Below, piece by piece: positions 47,694 to 57,140 of a DNA stretch of 64,000 bases (positions within the stretch are counted from its first letter, which is position 1; every line of letters begins with the position of its first letter). Location: contig CAZMGP010000021.1 in the NCBI GenBank assembly GCA_964565875.1, positions 9,094-73,093 of the forward strand, written 5' to 3'. Both the position numbers and the translations under genes were made by a program. This DNA comes from an uncultured Enterobacteriaceae bacterium. Lineage in GTDB: Bacteria; Pseudomonadota; Gammaproteobacteria; Burkholderiales; SG8-39. The notes under the pieces are model-generated. The model was not told the origin of the DNA. It worked only from the letters and a program-made list of their open reading frames with translations, and ran no database searches.

Positions 47694-48476
47694 ATGAGCC
47701 AGAACGAGAAACACGAAGGGCACGAAAGCCCGATCAAAACCCCCAAGCAGCTGATCACCGTGGTCGCGATCGCATTTCTCGCGCCGATCGCGATCATCGT
47801 GCTGCTGTCGCAGTTCGTCGCCAACATGCGCCACATCGACCCGAACAGCGCGGAAATGGCGCACGACGCCGTAGCCAAGCGCCTGAAGCCGGTCGGCGAC
47901 GTGGCGTTCGCCGAAAGCGGTACCGGCGCAGCCGCGGCGGGGCCGAAGAGCGGCGAAGACGTATTCAAGGCCGTGTGCAGCGCCTGCCACGCGAGCGGCG
48001 CCGCGGGCGCGCCCAAGCTGGGCGACAAGAGCGATTGGGCGCAGCGCATCAAGAAAGGCGACAAGATGTTGATCCGGACGGCGATCAAGGGCATCCGTGC
48101 CATGCCGCCGCGCGGCGGTGCCGCCGACCTGAGCGATCTCGAGGTCGCGCGTGCGGTCGTGTTCATGGCGAACAAGGCCGGCGCGAATTTCAAGGATCCG
48201 GCCGCACCGGCCGCGGCCCCCGCAGCCGCCGCCAAGGTCGACGGCAAGAAGGTGTATGAAGGCACCTGCGTCGTCTGCCATGGCGCAGGGGTGGCCGGAG
48301 CGCCGAAAGCCGGCGACAAGGCAGCCTGGGCGCCGCGGCTGAAAGCGGGCATCCAAGCCCTCTACGGCAGTGCGCTGAAGGGCAAGGCCGCCATGCCGCC
48401 CAAGGGCGGCAATGCTGCTCTCAACGAAGCCGAAGTCAAAGCCGCGGTCGATTACCTCGCCGGCCTGGCCAAGTAG
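47694..48476 (+). CDS. Membrane-anchored dihaem cytochrome c5-family protein
   Basis: N-terminal TM helix (LITVVAIAFLAPIAIIVLL). Two CxxCH haem motifs (CSACH, CVVCH), each followed by GAAGAPK.GDK..W and MPP.GG, as in cytochrome c5 domains. Confidence 0.85.
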   Translation: MSQNEKHEGHESPIKTPKQLITVVAIAFLAPIAIIVLLSQFVANMRHIDPNSAEMAHDAVAKRLKPVGDVAFAESGTGAAAAGPKSGEDVFKAVCSACHASGAAGAPKLGDKSDWAQRIKKGDKMLIRTAIKGIRAMPPRGGAADLSDLEVARAVVFMANKAGANFKDPAAPAAAPAAAAKVDGKKVYEGTCVVCHGAGVAGAPKAGDKAAWAPRLKAGIQALYGSALKGKAAMPPKGGNAALNEAEVKAAVDYLAGLAK

Positions 48477-48661
48477 CAGCGGCGCATTCCAGACAAAGGG
48501 GCGGGATCCGCCCTGCTTCGTACGCGCGGCAAGCGCGGCGAATTGACAGTCGCGACCACCCAGGGTCACACTTCCATGGCTTGCCGGTCCATGCGATGCC
48601 GCAAGGCACGCACGACATCCCGGCCTGGATAGAACACCAACAACCCTGGAGGAGAAAGACT

Positions 48662-49630
48662 ATGTTGAGCTTTGCGTGGCGCTTTGCGTCTGGCGTCTTC
48701 GTCGCGGCCTTGATCGCATCGTCGGCGTGGGCCGCGTACCCCGATCGGCCGCTGACCTTGATCGTCCCCTGGGGTGCGGGCGGCGGCACCGACGCGACCG
48801 CGCGCATCATCGGCAGCCTGCTCGAGCGGGAACTCGGCCAGCCGGTGAACGTGGTCAACCGCACCGGCGGCTCCGGCGTGGTCGGCCATCAGGCGATTGC
48901 TTCGGCCGCGCCGGACGGCTACACCATCGGGATGCTGACGGTCGAGATCGCGATGATGCACCATATGAAGCTGACGGAGCTGACCCCGGCGAACTACACG
49001 CCGATCGGCATGGTCAACGTCGACCCGGCGGCGGTGCAGGTGCGCGCCGACGCTCCGTACAAGAACCTCAACGACCTGATCGCGGCCATCAAAGCGCATC
49101 CGGGCAAGTTCAAGGCCTCCGGCACCGGCCAGGGCGGCATCTGGCACCTGTCCATCGCCGGTCTGCTCAAGGATCTGAAGATCGATCCGGCCGCCTTGCC
49201 CTGGGTGCCGAGCCAGGGTGCGGCCCCGGGACTGAACGACCTCGTCGCCGGCGGCGTCGAAGTCGTGCCCTGCTCCCTGCCGGAGGCGCGTGCGCTGATC
49301 GAGGCGGGGAAAGTGAAGAGCCTCGCCATCATGGATGCGCAGCCGGCCGCGCTGTTCCCGAACATCCCGACGGTGAAGAAGGAAACCGGCAGCGACTGGA
49401 CGATGGCCGTCTGGCGCGGAATCGGTGCGCCGAAGAACATTCCGAAAGACGTCGAGAACCGGCTCGCCGCTGCGCTGAAGAAAGTCTACGACAGCAAGGA
49501 ATACAAGGATTTCATGGCCGCGCGCGGCTATGGCGTGGCCTGGGCGCCGCAAGCGGAGTTCGGCAAGGTCATGGCGAAGACCGATGCCGATATGGGCACG
49601 GTCATGAAAGCCGTCGGCATCGCCAAGTAG
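48662..49630 (+). CDS. tctC: Tripartite tricarboxylate transporter substrate-binding protein
   Basis: Taken from ATG 48662: signal peptide, then YPDRPLTLIVPWGAGGGTDATARIIGSLLERELGQPVNVVNRTGGSG. It is followed by tctB and tctA. Confidence 0.85.
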   Translation: MLSFAWRFASGVFVAALIASSAWAAYPDRPLTLIVPWGAGGGTDATARIIGSLLERELGQPVNVVNRTGGSGVVGHQAIASAAPDGYTIGMLTVEIAMMHHMKLTELTPANYTPIGMVNVDPAAVQVRADAPYKNLNDLIAAIKAHPGKFKASGTGQGGIWHLSIAGLLKDLKIDPAALPWVPSQGAAPGLNDLVAGGVEVVPCSLPEARALIEAGKVKSLAIMDAQPAALFPNIPTVKKETGSDWTMAVWRGIGAPKNIPKDVENRLAAALKKVYDSKEYKDFMAARGYGVAWAPQAEFGKVMAKTDADMGTVMKAVGIAK

Positions 49631-49679
49631 GGCCGCCAGCCCGCTCGCGGGGCGCGGCCGGAACGGATCGGACGACGAC

Positions 49680-50153
49680 GTGAAGCTGAACGACGCGATC
49701 ATGGGCGCGCTGCTGCTCGCGCTCGCGCTCGCGATCCTGGTTCATATCCAGGGCTTCCCGAACATACCGGGACAGAACATCGGACCGGCGGCGTTTCCGG
49801 GCCTGCTCGCCGTGCTGCTCGCCGGCTGCTCCCTTGCGCTGATCTGGCGCGGCTGGCATGCGCGCCACGGCACGGCCTGGGTCGAATTCGGTTCCTGGCT
49901 CGCATCACGCGAACACGTGGTGAATTTCCTGGTGACGGTCGGCGGGCTGGTGTTCTACCTTCTCGCGGCGGATTATCTCGGATTCCTGATCACCGGCACG
50001 CTGCTGCTCGCGGTCATGTTCCTGACGCTGCGCGTGCGATTGACGCTGATCCTGCCGATCGCGCTCGTCGCGACGCTCGCCGTACATACCATTTTCTACA
50101 AGCTGCTGCGCGTCCCCCTGCCGTGGGGTCTGCTGCAGCCGATCGCCTGGTGA
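49680..50153 (+). CDS. tctB: Tripartite tricarboxylate transporter TctB-family small membrane protein
   Basis: 157 aa with four hydrophobic helices, lying between tctC and tctA. GTG start. Confidence 0.75.
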   Translation: MKLNDAIMGALLLALALAILVHIQGFPNIPGQNIGPAAFPGLLAVLLAGCSLALIWRGWHARHGTAWVEFGSWLASREHVVNFLVTVGGLVFYLLAADYLGFLITGTLLLAVMFLTLRVRLTLILPIALVATLAVHTIFYKLLRVPLPWGLLQPIAW

Positions 50154-50157
50154 TCGC

Positions 50158-51672
50158 GTGAGCGCACTCTTCGCGCACTACGCGGCGGCATTCGCGCTGG
50201 TGTTCGATCCCTACGTGCTGCTGGTCATCCTGTGTTCGGCGCTGTTCGGCCTGTTCGTCGGCTGCGTTCCCGGGTTCACCGCCACGCTCGCGACGGCGCT
50301 GCTCGTGCCGATCACCTTCTTCATGCCCCCCGTCCCCGCGGTCGCGGCGATCGTCACCGCGACCGCGATGGCGATCTTCTCCGGCGACATCCCGGGGGCG
50401 CTGCTGCGCATCCCCGGCACACCCGCCTCCGCCGCGTACACCGACGAGGCCTATGCCATGACGCTGAAGGGGCAGGCCGAGATCGCCCTTGGCGCCGGGC
50501 TGGTGTTCTCGGCGATCGGGGGGCTCTTCGGCACCGCGGTGATGGTCACCTCGGCGCCGGTGCTTGCCGAGATCGCGCTGAAATTCACCTCCTTCGAATA
50601 CTTCTGGCTGGTGGCGCTCGGGCTCGCCGGCGCGGTGTTCATCGGCAACATGAGCATCCTGAAGGCGTCGATATCGCTGATCCTCGGCCTGCTCGTGGCC
50701 TGCATCGGCGGGGAGAACCCGGCCGGCTTCCCGCGCTTCACCTTCGGCAATGTGGACCTGCTCGGCGGTGTGGACCTGATCCCGATGATGGTGGGCATGT
50801 TCGCGATCTCCGAGATCCTGCGCTTCGTCGTGAACATGGATCCGCCGGCGGCGATCGCCACCGAAAACATAGGCAACGTGTTCAAGGGCATGTGGGGCCT
50901 GCTGTTGAAGTACCCTTGGCCGCTGGTGCGCGGCAGCGCGCTCGGCACCATCATCGGCATCCAGCCCGGCTCGGGCGCGGACATGGCCTCGTGGATGTCC
51001 TATGCGATGAGCAAGAAGCTGTCGAAAGAGCCGGAGAAGTTCGGCACCGGCCACGTCGAAGGCATCGTCGAGTCCGGCGCCGCCAACAACAGCTCGCTCG
51101 CGGGCGCCTGGATACCGGCGATCGTGTTCGGCATCCCCGGCGATTCGATCACGGCGATCGGCATCAGCGTGCTCTACCTGAAAGGGATGAATCCGGGACC
51201 GACCATCTTCACCAATCACCCGGAGAACATCTACGCCATCTTCCTGGTGTTCATCCTCGCCAACATCATCATGATTCCGCTCGGCTGGCTGACGATCAAG
51301 GTGGCGACCCAGGTGCTGCGCGTGCCGCGCCGCATACTCATGCCTATCATCCTGCTGTTCTGCGTGGTCGGTTCCTTCGCCATCAACAACTCGTCCTACG
51401 GCATCGTGGTGATCCTCGTATCCGGACTGATCGCCTTCCTGCTCGAGGAAAACGGCTTCCCGGTGGCGCCGGCCATTCTCGGCGTCGTGCTCGGCAAAAT
51501 GCTCGAGGACACGTTCATCACCTCGATGATCAAGTCCGACGGCAGCCTGGCGACGTTTTTCGAGCGGCCGATCTCCGCGGGTCTCGGGATTTCGACCTTC
51601 ATCATCCTGTTCTGGCCGGTCGGGACCTGGCTCTGGCGGGAATACGGCCGGCGCAGGCTGCGCCCGGCCTAG
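50158..51672 (+). CDS. tctA: Tripartite tricarboxylate transporter large permease TctA
   Basis: 504-aa polytopic protein. GLFVGCVPGFTATLATALLVPITF and GIQPGSGADMASWMSY are TctA-type motifs. Confidence 0.85.
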   Translation: MSALFAHYAAAFALVFDPYVLLVILCSALFGLFVGCVPGFTATLATALLVPITFFMPPVPAVAAIVTATAMAIFSGDIPGALLRIPGTPASAAYTDEAYAMTLKGQAEIALGAGLVFSAIGGLFGTAVMVTSAPVLAEIALKFTSFEYFWLVALGLAGAVFIGNMSILKASISLILGLLVACIGGENPAGFPRFTFGNVDLLGGVDLIPMMVGMFAISEILRFVVNMDPPAAIATENIGNVFKGMWGLLLKYPWPLVRGSALGTIIGIQPGSGADMASWMSYAMSKKLSKEPEKFGTGHVEGIVESGAANNSSLAGAWIPAIVFGIPGDSITAIGISVLYLKGMNPGPTIFTNHPENIYAIFLVFILANIIMIPLGWLTIKVATQVLRVPRRILMPIILLFCVVGSFAINNSSYGIVVILVSGLIAFLLEENGFPVAPAILGVVLGKMLEDTFITSMIKSDGSLATFFERPISAGLGISTFIILFWPVGTWLWREYGRRRLRPA

Positions 51673-51820
51673 CACCCCCGGCTGCATCCCAGCCGCGAAC
51701 GCGGCGCGAAGCCGCCCGGCGCCTGCGCCGCGCTGCTAGAATCGACCTTCCGATTCGACACCGAGGCCGTCTGGGCGCCGGTATTCGCCCCAGGCAAGCC
51801 GCGACAAACCGCGCCCCCCG

Positions 51821-52765
51821 ATGAAGATTGCGATCATCCTCGACCCACTGGACGGCATCAAGACCTACAAAGACACGACCTACGCCATGATGGTCGAGGC
51901 CGCCGGACGCGGCCACGAACTGCACGTGCTGATGCAGGACGGCATCCTGTGGAAGCACGGCCGCGTGATCGGCGAGTCCTCCCGCCTGGAGCTCACCGGC
52001 GATGCGGAGCACTGGTATCGCATCGAGCCGGCGCGCGAGACGCCACTCACCGATTTCGACGCGGTGCTGATGCGCAAGGACCCGCCTTTCGACATGGAGT
52101 ACGTCACCGCGACCTGGCTGCTCGAGCTCGCCGGGCGTGAGGGCGCCCGGGTGTTCAACGATCCGCGCGCGCTGCGCGACCACAGCGAGAAGCTCGCCAT
52201 CGCCGAGTTTCCGCGCTTCACCGCGCCGACCCTGGTGACGCGGCTGGAGGCGCAGATTCACGCCTTCATCGACGCGCACGCGGACGTGGTGGTAAAGCCT
52301 CTGGACGGCATGGGCGGCGCGCAGGTGTTCCGCGTCACCGACGCCGACCCCAATCGCAACGTCATCGTCGAGACGCTCACCTGCCATGGCACACGCTCGA
52401 TCATGGCGCAGCGCTACATTCCGGAAATCCGCGACGGCGACAAGCGCATCCTGCTGATCGCCGGGGAAGCCGTGCCCTATAGCCTGGCGCGGATTCCCAA
52501 GCCGGGGGAGTCGCGCGGCAATCTGGCGGCGGGCGGCACCGGTGTCGCGCGGCCGCTGTCGCCGCGCGACGCGGAGATCGCGGGCGCGCTCGGGCCCGAG
52601 CTCGCGCGACGCGGGCTCCTGCTCGTCGGCCTGGACGTGATCGGCGACTATCTCACCGAGGTCAACGTCACCAGTCCGACCTGCTTTCAGGAGATCCGCG
52701 CCCAGACTGGATGCAACGTCGCCGGCCTGTTCATCGACGCGCTCGAAAAGGCGTGCGCGCGCTGA
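51821..52765 (+). CDS. gshB: Glutathione synthase
   Basis: MKIAIILDPLDGIKTYKDTTYAMM...VLMRKDPPFDMEYVTATWLLE...VVKPLDGMGG...GDKRILLI are canonical GshB (ATP-grasp) motifs. Confidence 0.9.
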   Translation: MKIAIILDPLDGIKTYKDTTYAMMVEAAGRGHELHVLMQDGILWKHGRVIGESSRLELTGDAEHWYRIEPARETPLTDFDAVLMRKDPPFDMEYVTATWLLELAGREGARVFNDPRALRDHSEKLAIAEFPRFTAPTLVTRLEAQIHAFIDAHADVVVKPLDGMGGAQVFRVTDADPNRNVIVETLTCHGTRSIMAQRYIPEIRDGDKRILLIAGEAVPYSLARIPKPGESRGNLAAGGTGVARPLSPRDAEIAGALGPELARRGLLLVGLDVIGDYLTEVNVTSPTCFQEIRAQTGCNVAGLFIDALEKACAR

Positions 52766-53172
52766 CGCTCGTCGCCCTCGTGGCGGCGGCGCTGCCGGCT
52801 TGGCCGGCGCAGCCGGAGCCAGCGGCGCCGCCAGGCAGGGGCGCAAACTCCGCGGCGGAGGACAAAGCCGCGACGGACGCGGCATTGCAGCTTTATCGCG
52901 CCATGCTGCTGCAGTCCGCCATGCAGCGCCGCGGCTATCCGGCGCAGGCGCTCGCTCGCCGCCTCAGCGGCGCCGTCGACATCGAGATCACCGTCGGCGC
53001 GGATGGTAAACTGCAACACGAGACCCTGATCGGCAGCAGTGGGCACACCCTGCTCGACGAGGATGCGCTCGGCTTGCTGCAACTGGCGGTGCCGCTCACT
53101 GCGATTCCGCCCGCGCTCGTCGGCCGCGCCTTCCGCCTGACGGTCAGCGTCAATTACGCTATTCCAGAGTGA
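52753..53172 (+). CDS. TonB C-terminal-domain-like periplasmic protein
   Basis: GTG 52753 overlaps the gshB end. Signal-like LTLVALVAAALPAWPA, then a TonB_C-like pattern (YPAQALARRLSGAVDIEITVGADGKL..ETLIGSSGHTLLDEDAL). Confidence 0.55.
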   Translation: MRALTLVALVAAALPAWPAQPEPAAPPGRGANSAAEDKAATDAALQLYRAMLLQSAMQRRGYPAQALARRLSGAVDIEITVGADGKLQHETLIGSSGHTLLDEDALGLLQLAVPLTAIPPALVGRAFRLTVSVNYAIPE

Positions 53173-53177
53173 GAACG

Positions 53178-53591
53178 ATGGTCGGAATCCTGATAGTCGC
53201 GCACGGGGCCTTCGGCGAAGCCCTCATCCATTGCGCGAGCCACGTGCTAGGCAAGCGCCCGCCGCGCGTGCTGCAACTCGGCGTCACCGTGCACGACGAC
53301 CCCGAGGCGATCCTGCCGCAAGCGGTGGAAATGGTGAAGCAGCTCGACCAAGGCCAGGGCGTGCTGGTGTTCAGCGACATACTCGGCGCCACGCCGTGCA
53401 ATATCGCGACCCGGCTGCTGGTGCCGGGCAGGATCGAGGGGGTATCCGGCATCAACCTGCCGATGCTGATCCGCGCCCTCACCTACCGCGAAGAGCCGCT
53501 CGCGACCGTCGTCGCCAAAGCTATCAGCGGCGGCCTGGCGGGCGTCGTTCACCTGACTACCGATTCCTGCAATGCCACAAATCGAAGCTGA
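53178..53591 (+). CDS. PTS EIIA component, mannose/fructose family (regulatory)
   Basis: MVGILIVAHGAFGEALIHCASHVLG contains the phosphorylatable His context of EIIA-Man. No EIIB/C/D genes lie nearby. Confidence 0.75.
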   Translation: MVGILIVAHGAFGEALIHCASHVLGKRPPRVLQLGVTVHDDPEAILPQAVEMVKQLDQGQGVLVFSDILGATPCNIATRLLVPGRIEGVSGINLPMLIRALTYREEPLATVVAKAISGGLAGVVHLTTDSCNATNRS

Positions 53592-53841
53592 CATCTGCAA
53601 CAAGCTTGGGCTGCACGCGCGCGCTTCCGCCAAACTGACCCAGCTCGCGAGCGGGTTTCAAAGCGAAATCTGGCTCACGCGCAATGGACGCCGGGTGAAC
53701 GCGAAGAGCATCATGGGGGTGATGATGCTCGCGGCCGGCAAGGGCGCGAGGATCAGCATCGAAACTAAAGGCAGCGACGCCGATGCGGCCTTGCAGGCCA
53801 TCGTGAAGCTGATCGACGACAAATTCGGGGAAGGCGAGTGA
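53572..53841 (+). CDS. ptsH: HPr-family phosphocarrier protein
   Basis: 89 aa. NKLGLHARASAKL (active-site His) and KSIMGVMML (regulatory Ser region). Confidence 0.85.
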   Translation: MPQIEADICNKLGLHARASAKLTQLASGFQSEIWLTRNGRRVNAKSIMGVMMLAAGKGARISIETKGSDADAALQAIVKLIDDKFGEGE

Positions 53842-53908
53842 GCGCAGTCGCATACGCCAAGCAGCCGACTGCAGCGAAGAGATTCGCGCGCAAGCCGAGC
53901 GCCGCGCC

Positions 53909-55633
53909 ATGAGCTTCATCCTGCACGGCGCCGGCGCAGGCGGCGGCATCGCCATCGGCCAGGCGCACCTCTTTTCCAGCGCGCGGCTGGAGGTCGCGCG
54001 CTACGAAATCGAGCCGAGCCAAACCGAGCTCGAAGTGATGCGCTTTTCCACGGCGGTGGACAAGGTGCGCGCGGAATTGCAGGCGCTGCGGCGCAGCGTC
54101 CCGGCCGGCGCGCCGGCCGAACTGGCCGCCTTCCTCAACCTGCACCTGATGATCCTCGACGATTCCACGCTGTCGCAGGCGCCGCGCGAGCTGATCCGCA
54201 GCATGCGCTGCAACGCCGAATGGGCGCTGGTGACGCAGATGGATTATCTCGCCGCGCAATTTGACAAGATCGAGGACGCGTATCTGCGCGAGCGCAAGGC
54301 GGACATCGTGCAGGTGGTGCAGCGCGTGCTGGACGCCATGCTGGTCGAGCCGCGCCGCCCGAGCAGCGCGCCGGCCCACGAAGAAAGCGTGATCGTGGTG
54401 GCGCACGATCTGTCGCCCGCCGACATGATCCTGTTCAAGCAGCACCAGTACGCCGGCTTCGTCACCGACCTGGGCGGCGTGACTTCGCATACCGCCATCC
54501 TCGCGCGCAGCCTCAACATCCCGGCCATCGTCGGCGCGCACACGGCGCGGCGCATGGTGCGCGAAGGCGAGCTGCTGATCGTCGACGGCGTGCAAGGCGT
54601 GCTCATCGTCAACCCGGACAAGCTGGTCCTCGCCGAATACCAATGGCGCAAGCACCAGCTCGAGCTGGGACGGCAGAAGTTGAAGGGCCTGCGCGGCACG
54701 CTCGCCGCCACGCGCGACGGCACGCCGGTCGACCTGCACGCCAACATTGAGCTGCCGCAGGACATCGAACAGGTGCGCGAATCCGGCGCCACCGGCGTCG
54801 GGCTGTTCCGCAGCGAATTCCTGTTCCTCAATCGCGAGGATCTGCCGGGCGAGGACGAGCAGTTCGAAGCCTATCGCCAGGTGGCGCAGGCGATGGAAGG
54901 CATGCCGGTGACCATCCGTACGCTCGACCTGGGGGCCGACAAAACGGTGAACGGCGGGGCGCGCGGCGGCCCCAACCCGGCGATGGGCCTGCGCGCGATC
55001 CGCCTGTGCCTGGCCGAGCCGCAGATGTTTCTCACCCAGCTGCGCGCCATCCTGCGCGCTTCGCATTACGGCAAGATTCGGCTGCTGATTCCGATGCTCG
55101 CGCATGCGCACGAAATCGAACAGGCGCTCGCCATGATCGCGCAGTCGAAGCAGGTGCTGGACGAGCAGAACGTGCCCTACGATCGCGGCATCCAGGTAGG
55201 CGGCATGATCGAGGTGCCGGCGGCGGCACTTGCGCTCGGCGTGTTCGTGCGCAAGCTCGATTTTCTGTCCATCGGCACCAACGACCTGATCCAGTACACG
55301 CTCGCCATCGACCGCACCGACGATGCCGTGTCGCACCTGTACAACCCGCTGCACCCGGCGGTGCTGCATCTGATCGCTCACACCATCAAGACCGGCAACG
55401 GCAGCAAGGTGCCGGTGGCGGTGTGCGGCGAGATGGCCGGGGACGCCATGCTCACTCGGCTGCTCCTCGGTTTCGGATTGCGCCAGTTCTCCATGCACCC
55501 GGCGAACCTGCTCACCATCAAGCAGCAGGTACTGAGCAGCGATATCGCCAAGCTCGCCGAGCTTTCCGACCGCATTCTGCACGCGGAGGAGCTGGATCAA
55601 GCGCGAGAGCTGCTCGACAAGTTAAACGCTTAA
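53909..55633 (+). CDS. ptsI: Phosphoenolpyruvate--protein phosphotransferase (Enzyme I)
   Basis: 574 aa. GGVTSHTAILARSLNIPAIVG (phospho-His), IRTLDLGADK, and SIGTNDLIQYTLAIDR...CGEMAG. Confidence 0.9.
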   Translation: MSFILHGAGAGGGIAIGQAHLFSSARLEVARYEIEPSQTELEVMRFSTAVDKVRAELQALRRSVPAGAPAELAAFLNLHLMILDDSTLSQAPRELIRSMRCNAEWALVTQMDYLAAQFDKIEDAYLRERKADIVQVVQRVLDAMLVEPRRPSSAPAHEESVIVVAHDLSPADMILFKQHQYAGFVTDLGGVTSHTAILARSLNIPAIVGAHTARRMVREGELLIVDGVQGVLIVNPDKLVLAEYQWRKHQLELGRQKLKGLRGTLAATRDGTPVDLHANIELPQDIEQVRESGATGVGLFRSEFLFLNREDLPGEDEQFEAYRQVAQAMEGMPVTIRTLDLGADKTVNGGARGGPNPAMGLRAIRLCLAEPQMFLTQLRAILRASHYGKIRLLIPMLAHAHEIEQALAMIAQSKQVLDEQNVPYDRGIQVGGMIEVPAAALALGVFVRKLDFLSIGTNDLIQYTLAIDRTDDAVSHLYNPLHPAVLHLIAHTIKTGNGSKVPVAVCGEMAGDAMLTRLLLGFGLRQFSMHPANLLTIKQQVLSSDIAKLAELSDRILHAEELDQARELLDKLNA

Positions 55634-55762
55634 CGCGGCTGCGGATTGACAGCAGCCGGCCTTCGCGGGTATCTTTCAACCACAGCGCCGATTTGATAGT
55701 CAGCTTGCGGGCGCCGTCGGTCTTCCAACCGAGCGAAAAACAAATACGGCTAAAGCGCGGGA

Positions 55763-55797
55763 AACCCGTTTAGCAGGCAAGCTGAACGGGTTTTTTC
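55763..55797 (+). terminator. Intrinsic terminator hairpin plus U-tract in the ptsI-metX spacer
   Basis: AACCCGTT[14 nt]AACGGGTT is followed by TTTTTT. It lies 130 nt after the ptsI stop and ~75 nt before the metX ATG. Confidence 0.6.
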
Positions 55798-55870
55798 ATT
55801 TGGGACTCCGCTGACGAAAGCCCTGCGCTCGACGCCGCGCGGTCTTTCGTTTCGGCAACGGAATTGGACG

Positions 55871-57028
55871 ATGGGCGAACCACGCTCGGTCGGTGTTGTC
55901 CGGCCGCAGATCATGCAGTTCGACACGCCGCTCGCATGCAGGAGCGGCGCGCAGCTCGATCGCTACGAGCTGATGTACGAGACCTACGGCACGCTGAACG
56001 CCGACAAATCGAACGCGGTGCTGGTGTGCCATGCGCTCAACGCCTCGCACCATGTCGCGGGTTACTACGCCGACAATCCCAAGAACGTCGGCTGGTGGGA
56101 CAACATGATCGGCCCGGGCAAGCCCCTGGACACCGAGCGCTTCTTCGTCGTCGGGGTGAACAATCCCGGCGGCTGCTTCGGTTCCACCGGTCCGGCCTCG
56201 ATCGACCCCAAGACCGGAAAGCACTTCGGCTCGAGCTTTCCGGTGGTCACCGTGGAGGACTGGGTCGAAGCGCAGGCGCGGCTCGCCGACCGCCTCGGCA
56301 TCAAGCGCTTCGCCGCCGTGATGGGAGGAAGCCTGGGCGCGATGCAGGCGCTGCAATGGGCGATCAGCTATCCCGAGCGGATCGCCAATGCGATCGTCGT
56401 CGCCGCTGCGCCGAAGCTATCGGCGCAGAACATCGCCTTCAACGAGGTCGCGCGCCAGGCGATCACCACCGACCCGGATTTCCACGGCGGCGACTACTAC
56501 GCCCACGACGTGGTGCCGCGCCGCGGCCTGCGCCTCGCGCGCATGATCGGGCACATCACCTATCTGTCGGACGACGCCATGATGGAGAAGTTCGGCCGCA
56601 GCCTGCGCTCCGGTGCGATCAACTTCCACTTCGACGTCGACTTCGAGGTCGAATCCTACCTGCGCTATCAGGGAGACAAGTTCTCGGAATATTTCGACGC
56701 CAACACCTATCTGCTCATCACCCGCGCGCTCGACTATTTCGATCCGGCGGAGGCGGCGAACGGCGATCTGTCGCGCGCGCTGGCGCAGGTGCAGGCGCGC
56801 TTCTTCGTCGCCTCGTTCACCTCCGACTGGCGCTTCTCCCCCGCGCGCTCGCGCGAAATCGTCAAGGCGCTGCTCGACAACGGCAGAGACGTCTGTTACG
56901 CGGAAATCGACGCGCCGCACGGGCACGACGCTTTCCTGCTCGACGACGCGCGCTACCACGCCCTGGTGCGCGCCTATTTCGAAAACATCGCCCGCGAGTG
57001 CGGCGCCACGACGGGAGCGGCGGCATGA
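55871..57028 (+). CDS. metX: Homoserine O-acyltransferase MetX
   Basis: [17 protein letters not shown]...[33 protein letters not shown]...[12 protein letters not shown] (nucleophile elbow). Confidence 0.9.
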   Translation: MGEPRSVGVVRPQIMQFDTPLACRSGAQLDRYELMYETYGTLNADKSNAVLVCHALNASHHVAGYYADNPKNVGWWDNMIGPGKPLDTERFFVVGVNNPGGCFGSTGPASIDPKTGKHFGSSFPVVTVEDWVEAQARLADRLGIKRFAAVMGGSLGAMQALQWAISYPERIANAIVVAAAPKLSAQNIAFNEVARQAITTDPDFHGGDYYAHDVVPRRGLRLARMIGHITYLSDDAMMEKFGRSLRSGAINFHFDVDFEVESYLRYQGDKFSEYFDANTYLLITRALDYFDPAEAANGDLSRALAQVQARFFVASFTSDWRFSPARSREIVKALLDNGRDVCYAEIDAPHGHDAFLLDDARYHALVRAYFENIARECGATTGAAA

Positions 57029-57140
57029 GCAGGGAGCAGGGGCCCCGTCTCGGCCTGACGGGGATGCGACCGGCCGCGATTGCCGCCGGCCGCCGACGGA
57101 GATCGGGTAAGCACTATCACGCAGGTTCGGAGGCGGCAGC

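Noticed and set aside
47489-48569. Minus-strand ORFs of 287 and 332 aa overlapping the tRNA flank and the cytochrome c5 gene.
   Set aside because: They are antisense to a gene with two CxxCH motifs. They have no independent support and would run through the tRNA promoter region.
50014-51824. A 557-aa minus-strand ORF and a 530-aa plus alternate-frame ORF over tctA.
   Set aside because: Both are Arg/Asp/His/Gly-rich non-membrane-like strings. The 50158..51672 frame gives a 12+ TM TctA-type permease.
53765-55600. A 611-aa minus-strand ORF.
   Set aside because: It is antisense to ptsI (Enzyme I), which has the phospho-His and PEP-binding motifs.
55680-55760. Calling the metX leader a SAM-II riboswitch outright.
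   Set aside because: I could find GAUUU- and AAAGCG-like strings but could not construct the H-type pseudoknot by hand. It is kept only as a hypothesis to test with covariance models.
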